Positions 57,563 to 64,000 of a DNA stretch of 64,000 nucleotides are shown here, piece by piece (positions within the stretch are counted from its first letter, which is position 1; each line of letters opens with the position of its first letter). Made by a program: the position numbers and the translations under genes. The stretch spans positions 1 to 64,000 of the IMG/VR virus record IMGVR_UViG_3300027974_000031; one strand, written 5' to 3'. The DNA comes from a virus. Lineage: Duplodnaviria; Caudoviricetes. Under the pieces are notes generated by a model, which was given only the letters and a program-made list of their open reading frames with translations, was not told the DNA's origin and made no database searches.

Positions 57563-58240
57563 TTAAGAAACAATAACGCCATTTGCAGTAAAAGAACGAT
57601 CAAGGTTCCAATCATTCTGAGAAATTGCAAAAAGCATATCTTTTGTTCGGTATTTAGTTTTTCTTAAAATCTGATTAGAATGATTTGCTAACCAAGAGTG
57701 ACGAATATTCAAATATTGTATAGTCCATTCTTTTTCATTTCCGCCTTTAGACGGAGTTTTTGCAGGAAAACGAGTTCTTAAAAAGTTTAAGATTCCTCCA
57801 GAATGAATAAAAGAATCATAAATTATAAGCATTGAAAGAGGTTGTGTAAAACCATTTTCTTTGAAAAATTCAAGTGCAGGATTCCAGTAATGTTCATCAA
57901 AAAAATCATCTTGTGCTTCTCTCATTACAGGGTCACTACCTGCTTCACGAAGCTCGTTTATAAGCTTTTCGTCATTAACTAGTGAGATTTTGCCAATCTT
58001 ATCTACATAAGGTTTAAAAAACTCACTATGTTTGCCATTTTTGTTAGAATAAGATTTAATTAATTTATTAAGATTTCCCCATTCAGTTGTTTGACTTTTG
58101 CCGTATGTTATTTGTTGTATTCCTTTTGGCCCATCGGAAAAAATTGTCACGTTACTGTAATCACCATCAGGTTTTCCAGTTTCAAAAACATTTAAAATGC
58201 TTTGTATTTTATCTTTCTTTTTAGTAATAGAATCACTCAT
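57563..58240 (-). CDS. chitosanase/GH46-like lysozyme-fold glycosidase, probable endolysin
   Basis: NVFETG...Y..V....DG....ITYGKSQTTE, DPVMREAQD.FFDE.YWNPA, IYDS.IHSG; TATAAATA-N5-ATG at 58240. Confidence 0.8.
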   Translation of the reverse strand: MSDSITKKKDKIQSILNVFETGKPDGDYSNVTIFSDGPKGIQQITYGKSQTTEWGNLNKLIKSYSNKNGKHSEFFKPYVDKIGKISLVNDEKLINELREAGSDPVMREAQDDFFDEHYWNPALEFFKENGFTQPLSMLIIYDSFIHSGGILNFLRTRFPAKTPSKGGNEKEWTIQYLNIRHSWLANHSNQILRKTKYRTKDMLFAISQNDWNLDRSFTANGVIVS

Positions 58241-58348
58241 AACTTTATTTATAAGTTTTTTAATTCTAGAAAAAAATAGTAACATAAAATTACTTATTTT
58301 AAAACATACATTAATATACCAAATATAAAGAATAAAACGAGAATAATT

Positions 58349-58936
58349 TTAACTAGAGAGTTGTTCGTAAAATGATATAATACTGTTACCTTTCTCATCA
58401 ACTCCTTTTTTATAGTGTTCAAAAGAAAGAATTTTTTTAGGCATTTTTTCAATTACGTTTTCTGTATAAATTGTTTTTAGAGGCCAATTTCTATATTTTT
58501 TCACATAATGATATGAATAAATATAAGCATTTGCTTCTAAAATATATTGTTTTAAATTAACATCTAAATTATGTTTTTTAATAAAATTTATAGAATTAAT
58601 TTCGCAATCTCTTTCTAATTCAATTGCTTTATTAAATGCTCTAGTTAGTTTATTTTTAGATGTTTCTTCTCCTTCTACCCAATTAAGAAATGGACATTTA
58701 TCTGCTTCACACTTTTTCCAAAACTTAGGATTATTTTTCCATTGAAGAAAATGATGGTATTCATGTATTAATATTTCAAATCCATTTATACTTTTATATG
58801 CACAAACAAGTTCTTTTTTATTAGAATCGAACCATCCGCCATAATTACCAACTTTTTCTTTTTGAATAATTTTTAAAGAAACATCATTTTCGATGCACTC
58901 AACAGCTACTTTTCCGATAAATTCATTTCGAGTCAT
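58349..58936 (-). CDS. zincin-like metallopeptidase-fold protein
   Basis: ILIHEYHHFLQW...LERDCE. Confidence 0.7.
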   Translation of the reverse strand: MTRNEFIGKVAVECIENDVSLKIIQKEKVGNYGGWFDSNKKELVCAYKSINGFEILIHEYHHFLQWKNNPKFWKKCEADKCPFLNWVEGEETSKNKLTRAFNKAIELERDCEINSINFIKKHNLDVNLKQYILEANAYIYSYHYVKKYRNWPLKTIYTENVIEKMPKKILSFEHYKKGVDEKGNSIISFYEQLSS

Positions 58937-58971
58937 GTTTTAACTTATCAGAAAAAACTTTAAAAGTTTTT

Positions 58972-59433
58972 TTAAACTTTGATATGAAGAATATTTACAT
59001 CCATTCCAAGTTTATCTGCAATTTCTTGTAAAGTCAACTCAATAATTTTTGGACGTTTATTAATGATAGTTCCTTTTGAGTTTTTATATGAGTTTTCAAA
59101 ATAAACTAATTTACCGTTACTATCATACTCATTCTTAACCCAATATTCATCTGAGTGTTCATAATATATTAAATTACCTTTATTATCATACTCACTCTTT
59201 GACCAAAATCCACTTGAATTTTCAAAATGAATTTCGTTACCATTCAAATCATACTCTTTTTTAAACCAATATCCATTTGAGTTCTCAAAATGGATTTCGT
59301 TACCGTTCTTGTCATACTCTTTTTTAAACCAATATCCATTTGATTTTTCAGAATAGATTTCTTTATTATCTGCATTTTTAATAAAGAATGGAAAATCTGT
59401 TACCTTTAAAAATTGTGCTATTGTTTCTTTCAT
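58972..59433 (-). CDS. 21-aa-repeat paralogue, array 2 (153 aa, most divergent)
   Basis: Same caps; 4-aa insertion near the C-terminal cap. Confidence 0.9.
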   Translation of the reverse strand: MKETIAQFLKVTDFPFFIKNADNKEIYSEKSNGYWFKKEYDKNGNEIHFENSNGYWFKKEYDLNGNEIHFENSSGFWSKSEYDNKGNLIYYEHSDEYWVKNEYDSNGKLVYFENSYKNSKGTIINKRPKIIELTLQEIADKLGMDVNILHIKV

Positions 59434-59446
59434 AAAAAGATTTCTT

Positions 59447-60148
59447 TTAATCTTTAATACGAATGTTTTCTACATCTAATCCTAGTTTATCTGCAATCTG
59501 TTCTAAAGTCAATTCAATAATTTTTGGTCGGTTATCAATGATAGTTCCTTTTGAGTTTTCATAATAGATTTTATTGCCATTCTGGTCATACTCCCGCTTA
59601 ATCCAATATCCATTTGAATCTTCAAAATAGATTTCTTTTCCATTCAAGTTATATTCACGCTTAGACCAACGTCCATTTGAATCTTCATAATAGATTTCTT
59701 TTCCATTCAAGTCATATTCACACTTATACCAAAATCTATCTGAGTTCTCATAATAGATTTGATTACCATTCAAGTTATACTCACGCTTAATCCAATATCC
59801 TTTTGAGTTTTCAGAATAGATTTTATTGCCATTCTGATCATGTTCACGTTTAGACCAATATCCATCTGAGGTTTCAGAATAGATTACATTACTATTCTGG
59901 TCATATTCACGCTTAGACCAACGTCCAACTGAGTTTTCATAATAGATTTCATTACCATTCAAGTCATATTCACACTTATACCAAAATCCATTTGAGTTTT
60001 CATAATAGATTACATTACCATTCAAGTTATACTCACACTTATACCAAAATCCATCTGAATCTTCACGATAGATTTCTTCTTCATCTTTATTTTTAATAAA
60101 GAATGGAAAATCTGTTACCTTTAAAAATTGTGCTATTGTTTCTTTCAT
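59447..60148 (-). CDS. 21-aa-repeat paralogue, array 2 (233 aa)
   Basis: Same caps and repeat consensus. Confidence 0.9.
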   Translation of the reverse strand: MKETIAQFLKVTDFPFFIKNKDEEEIYREDSDGFWYKCEYNLNGNVIYYENSNGFWYKCEYDLNGNEIYYENSVGRWSKREYDQNSNVIYSETSDGYWSKREHDQNGNKIYSENSKGYWIKREYNLNGNQIYYENSDRFWYKCEYDLNGKEIYYEDSNGRWSKREYNLNGKEIYFEDSNGYWIKREYDQNGNKIYYENSKGTIIDNRPKIIELTLEQIADKLGLDVENIRIKD

Positions 60149-60160
60149 AATTTTATTTTT

Positions 60161-60610
60161 TTAATCTTTAATACGAATATTTTCTACATTCAATCCTAGT
60201 TTATCTGCGACTTCCTGTAATGTCAATTCAATTACCTTTGGTCGGTTATCCATGATAGTTCCATTTGAATCTTCAAAATAGATTTCTTTTCCATTCAAGT
60301 TATATTCACGCTTAGACCAATATCCATTTGAATCTTCATAATAGATTTGATTACCATTCTGATCATACTCACACTTATTCCAAAATCCATTTGAGGTTTC
60401 AGAATAGATTAAATTACTATTCTTGTCATATTCATGCTTGAACCAACGTCCATTTGAATCTTCACGATAGATTTGATTACCATTCTGATCATACTCACAC
60501 TTATACCAAAATCCATTTGAATCTTCATGATAGATTTCTTTATTATTCTTATTTTTAATAAGGAATGGAAAATCTTTTACTTTTAATAGTTGTGCAATTG
60601 TTTCTTTCAT
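60161..60610 (-). CDS. 21-aa-repeat paralogue, array 2 (149 aa)
   Basis: Same caps and repeat consensus. Confidence 0.9.
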   Translation of the reverse strand: MKETIAQLLKVKDFPFLIKNKNNKEIYHEDSNGFWYKCEYDQNGNQIYREDSNGRWFKHEYDKNSNLIYSETSNGFWNKCEYDQNGNQIYYEDSNGYWSKREYNLNGKEIYFEDSNGTIMDNRPKVIELTLQEVADKLGLNVENIRIKD

Positions 60611-60622
60611 AATTTTATTTTT

Positions 60623-61072
60623 TTAATCTTTAATACGAATGTTTTCTACACTCAATCCTAATTTATCTGCAATCTCTTCTAAAGTCAATTCAATAATTTT
60701 TGGTCGGTTATCCATGATAATTCCTTTTGAATCTTCATGATAGATTTGTTTACCATTCTGATCATACTCACGCTTAAACCAATATCCTTTTGAATCTTCA
60801 TGATAGATTACTTTTCCATTCAAGTTATATTCACGCTTATACCAAAATCCATTTGAATCTTCAAAATAGATTTCTTTACCATTCAAGTTATACTCACACT
60901 TAATCCAAGATCCATCTGAATCTTCGAAATAGATTTGATTACCATTCTGATCATATTCATGCTTGAACCAATATCCATCTGAATCTTCAGAATAGATTTC
61001 TTTATTATTCTTATTTTTAATAAAGAATGGAAAATCTGTTACCTTTAAAAATTGTGCTATTGTTTCTTTCAT
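60623..61072 (-). CDS. 21-aa-repeat paralogue, array 2 (149 aa)
   Basis: Same caps and repeat consensus. Confidence 0.9.
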   Translation of the reverse strand: MKETIAQFLKVTDFPFFIKNKNNKEIYSEDSDGYWFKHEYDQNGNQIYFEDSDGSWIKCEYNLNGKEIYFEDSNGFWYKREYNLNGKVIYHEDSKGYWFKREYDQNGKQIYHEDSKGIIMDNRPKIIELTLEEIADKLGLSVENIRIKD

Positions 61073-61084
61073 AATTTTATTTTT

Positions 61085-61534
61085 TTAATCTTTAATACGA
61101 ATGTTTTCTACATTCATATCAAGTTTATCTGCAATCTCTTCTAAAGTCAACTCAATAACCTTTGGTCGGTTATCAATGATAGTTCCTTCTGAGTTTTCAT
61201 AATAAATTACGTTACTATTCTGGTCATGTTCACGTTTAGACCAATATCCATCTGAGTTTTCACGATAGATTAATTTTCCATTCTGGTCATATTCATTCTT
61301 ATTCCAATATCCTTTTGAATCTTCAAAATAGATTTCTTTACCATTCTGGTCATATTCACGCTTAATCCAGTATGCATCTGAGTTTTCATAATAGATTTCT
61401 TTTCCATTCAAATCATACTCTTTTTTAAACCAATATCCATTTGATTTTTCAGAATAGATTTCTTTGTTATTCTTTTCTTTGATAAGAAAAGGAAAATCTG
61501 TTATTTTTAAAAATTGCGCGATTGTTTCTTTCAT
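61085..61534 (-). CDS. 21-aa-repeat paralogue, array 2 (149 aa)
   Basis: Same caps and repeat consensus. Confidence 0.9.
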   Translation of the reverse strand: MKETIAQFLKITDFPFLIKEKNNKEIYSEKSNGYWFKKEYDLNGKEIYYENSDAYWIKREYDQNGKEIYFEDSKGYWNKNEYDQNGKLIYRENSDGYWSKREHDQNSNVIYYENSEGTIIDNRPKVIELTLEEIADKLDMNVENIRIKD

Positions 61535-61553
61535 AATAAAATTGCTTTTAATT

Positions 61554-61650
61554 TCCTATCGAATTCAACCCTAATGGCGTTCAATTCTGAACATTTCACC
61601 ACACCATATTTACTACGGACACTTTACCAATAGGGTTGAATTCGATAGGA
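61554..61650 (-). promoter_or_regulatory. structured leader (perfect 20-bp inverted repeat) upstream of array 2
   Basis: TCCTATCGAATTCAACCCTA (61554-61573) / TAGGGTTGAATTCGATAGGA (61631-61650); begins about 6 nt after TTGACA-N16-TAAAAT on the minus strand. Confidence 0.65.
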
Positions 61651-61743
61651 CTTTTTATTTTAACGTTTTCTAGAGATTTGTCAACGCCCATAGGTAGCAT
61701 AATGTCGGTAAATCCCGCTGCTTCTGCTAGTTTAATTGTTTTC

Positions 61744-61809
61744 TCTTCAATAGTCATACTTGTTCTTTACTATAGAGTTTATCCCACAATTTATCAACTA
61801 CTTTTAATG
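61744..61809. repeat. 66-bp direct repeat copy 1
   Basis: Identical to 62310..62375; contains TTGATA-N17-TATAGT and ATGACTATTGAAGA on the minus strand. Confidence 0.95.
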
Positions 61810-61827
61810 TATATGCTCTTAACATAG

Positions 61828-62298
61828 TTAGTATTCTTCGACAGAAATAATCTTAGCAAAAGGTGTTAGGTATTCCCAAACTTGCTCATTATAATGCGGT
61901 GTTCCGTTCCAGTAATTCGCAGCAGCCTCAATTACTTCAGGATCATCTATTTCTAACCCATCCGACATTAACACGGATATTTCAGAACTCCAATTAACAT
62001 CATGTCGCTCGACTTTACCTAAAGGTTCTACTACAAATAGATATTCTGTTCCACCGCCCGCTAACTCAACATCTTCGTCATTTCCACACATAAAAACACT
62101 ATTCTTATGTGATAGCATATCTTTTGGTCTATAATATTCCAAAACAGAATAAAAATAAGTATTTGACCAATTTTCTTCATAATTATCATTGGGTTTTAGT
62201 ATAGTTCCCACTGGAAGTTCAGTCATACTACCATGATAAAATCTTTTTGGTGCAGTGTTTTCGTTGATTATTTTGTTGTATAATTGATTAAAGGTCAT
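61828..62298 (-). CDS. Arr-like ADP-ribosyltransferase-fold protein with CTS-like leader
   Basis: FYHGSMTELPVGTILKP...VFM...YLFVVEPLG...WEYL; start MTFNQLYNKIINE after ATAAATA-N5. Confidence 0.7.
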   Translation of the reverse strand: MTFNQLYNKIINENTAPKRFYHGSMTELPVGTILKPNDNYEENWSNTYFYSVLEYYRPKDMLSHKNSVFMCGNDEDVELAGGGTEYLFVVEPLGKVERHDVNWSSEISVLMSDGLEIDDPEVIEAAANYWNGTPHYNEQVWEYLTPFAKIISVEEY

Positions 62299-62309
62299 AA
62301 TATTATTTA

Positions 62310-62375
62310 TCTTCAATAGTCATACTTGTTCTTTACTATAGAGTTTATCCCACAATTTATCAACTACTTTTAATG
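62310..62375. repeat. 66-bp direct repeat copy 2
   Basis: Identical to 61744..61809. Confidence 0.95.
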
Positions 62376-62633
62376 CATCACCTGCAATCTTACCAACGTT
62401 TTCTTCGCAAGATTCTTCAACAATATCTTTCAAAGCTTCATACATCACACCCTTTTTAACGATTGAGATAAATTCCTGGAGGCAACAAATCAATTTCAAA
62501 GATTCCCCAAGGGGTAGGCAATCCGAAAAATAGTGCAGAAAGAACTAAAATAGTTAAAATAAGTTGAAGACAACCAGAATTTATATTTTGAATATTATTT
62601 AACATAATTATTTAATTATTATTTAATGTGATT

Positions 62634-63572
62634 TTAATAAATGGGCGAATTTAATTCTTTTAAGCGGCGAAGCTCAAAAATTGCTAAATCTTTAAATTTA
62701 AGTTCTATGTCCCAAAAAACATTAGGATTATAATTATGAGGAACATTAGTTGGCATGTCACGATGCTTACGAGTAATAACACCATTTTCTATAATACCCT
62801 CGCTGTAATGGAACACAGGAGTATAGCTGCCCCATGTTGAATATGCAAGTTCAAATGCATCACGTTCGCTTAAGCCATCAGGGAGAATATAATGGTGTAA
62901 AGTGTCAAAAGTAATAGGAATACTATATTTTTCATGAAAATGTCTAACCAAATTACGCACACTCCATGTGCCGTTTTTATTGTCATTATTTTCAAAAACT
63001 AAACGCTTACGAACATTATCAGATAAACGGTCGTAGTTACGCATAACAGAAGATACAATGTCAGACGTATTACCGTCTTTACGCACATGAATGTTCATTG
63101 GTGCAGAGTAATCAAGAGGCAAACCCAGCAAATCAAAAATCTCGCCATGCTGATTTAGGTCACGAAAAGTGTTTTTGAGAATATTTTCGTCACTAGTAGA
63201 AAGTGAAATGTATTCACTTGGATGAGCAGAAATTTTTATTGGCTGAATTGCCAGTAAATTTTTGATACGAGAGCATACTTCTTGAATATCAGAAAAGTTA
63301 GGCAAATCACAAACCTGCATGTTTACACTGTCATGAGTAATGATAGGACAGAGTGAAGATGAAAGACGATAGCCAGAGATATTATTAAGCTGGCAAAACC
63401 GAATTGTTTTTTCGGTGTTTTTAAAGTTGTGTAAAATACGCGAACATAGTTCAGATAAAGCATCTTTGGGAGACTGTTTGTTGAACTGTGTAAGAGTCAT
63501 GGTTTTAAAGTTATTGCCGTTATCAGACAGTGTTTTACTGATACAGCACAGGTTCCAATTATTGAATTTCAT
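62634..63572 (-). CDS. uvsE: UV DNA damage endonuclease
   Basis: LCCIS, YRLSSSL.P, ISAHPSEY..L, MNIHV, RLVFENND, PITFDTLHH, STW...PVFHYSE, DIELKFKDLAI. Confidence 0.92.
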   Translation of the reverse strand: MKFNNWNLCCISKTLSDNGNNFKTMTLTQFNKQSPKDALSELCSRILHNFKNTEKTIRFCQLNNISGYRLSSSLCPIITHDSVNMQVCDLPNFSDIQEVCSRIKNLLAIQPIKISAHPSEYISLSTSDENILKNTFRDLNQHGEIFDLLGLPLDYSAPMNIHVRKDGNTSDIVSSVMRNYDRLSDNVRKRLVFENNDNKNGTWSVRNLVRHFHEKYSIPITFDTLHHYILPDGLSERDAFELAYSTWGSYTPVFHYSEGIIENGVITRKHRDMPTNVPHNYNPNVFWDIELKFKDLAIFELRRLKELNSPIY

Positions 63573-63786
63573 GTTGTTTAAGGAATTTAGTTTTAAAATA
63601 TTCTACTGTAAAGTAGTTCTCCACTTTATCATCTTCGTTATATGCTGTCAAGTAACCGTCACTATAATAAAATAGTGAATAATTTCCAGATAGTTTGGAA
63701 GAAGCACATTCTAAATAAACTTTTTCTTCTTTTTCAAAAGAAATAGCTTTGTACTTTGTAGTTTCTTTAATTTCAGTTATTTCCAT
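63559..63786 (-). CDS. small hypothetical protein
   Basis: 75-aa ORF overlapping the uvsE start. Confidence 0.6.
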   Translation of the reverse strand: MEITEIKETTKYKAISFEKEEKVYLECASSKLSGNYSLFYYSDGYLTAYNEDDKVENYFTVEYFKTKFLKQHEIQ

Positions 63787-63812
63787 TATTATTAATCTTA
63801 ACCAGTTTAAAA

Positions 63813-63998
63813 TTAAGTCAAATGATAAATGTATTGTTCTAAATCTCCCATATCAATTTCATCAGGCGAATCACCAGCAAAGAAAATTCCGCCGTGTTCA
63901 ATAGTAATCACATCCATTCCTTTTGATTTGAGACGTTTAGATACTTCATTTCTAAATTCTGTAGTCACAATGCAAGGGATGACCTTTACACCATTATA
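63813..63998 (-). CDS. 3' end of a gene (partial)
   Basis: Frame open from the window edge: YNGVKVIPCIV...QYIYHLT*. Confidence 0.55.
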   Translation of the reverse strand, partial: YNGVKVIPCIVTTEFRNEVSKRLKSKGMDVITIEHGGIFFAGDSPDEIDMGDLEQYIYHLT

Positions 63999-64000
63999 GA

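Noticed and set aside
43875-61534. Diversity-generating retroelement as the source of repeat-protein variation (variable codons are mostly NNT)
   Set aside because: No reverse transcriptase or non-coding template repeat in the window. Many adenines in the units are invariant, and T-ending codons are expected in AT-rich DNA. Recombination explains the mosaics; an RT elsewhere in the genome cannot be excluded.
1-64000. Alternative genetic code (TAG or TGA recoding)
   Set aside because: Conserved genes are uninterrupted in code 11, and TAG/TGA end genes at sensible positions. Reading through the TAG at 719 still hits TAA six codons later.

Overview
AT-rich segment of a large T4-related (myovirus/jumbo-type) phage genome, standard genetic code. 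The left part (1-36.2 kb) is a late module: fibre-like genes, portal (gp20-like), neck (gp13-like), baseplate gp6- and gp25-like genes and Cys-rich virion proteins. These are interleaved with about 16 unrelated cargo genes; two more lie in the early region. The cargo genes share an N-terminal leader (M-x-F-x-x-F/Y...L/I-x-E) resembling the T4 internal-protein capsid-targeting sequence, and include several ADP-ribosyltransferase-fold proteins and a Nudix hydrolase. Almost every late gene is preceded by TAA(A/G)TA-N5-6-ATG, implying leaderless mRNAs. The 36.2-39.8 kb interval is repeat- and hairpin-rich and largely non-coding, with helically phased A-tracts and GC-rich genes (candidate origin or terminus region). 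The right part (40-64 kb) is a minus-strand early region with sigma70-type promoters. It holds two tandem arrays (5+5 genes) of shuffled 21-aa-repeat paralogues, a RadA-like ATPase, TilS, a GH46-like lysin, UvsE and four tRNAs. Two tRNAs carry group I introns, one at an unusual site in the anticodon stem of tRNA-Leu(UAA). Several accessory genes are bracketed by direct repeats that look like insertion scars. All family assignments come from motifs read by eye; no database searches were run.
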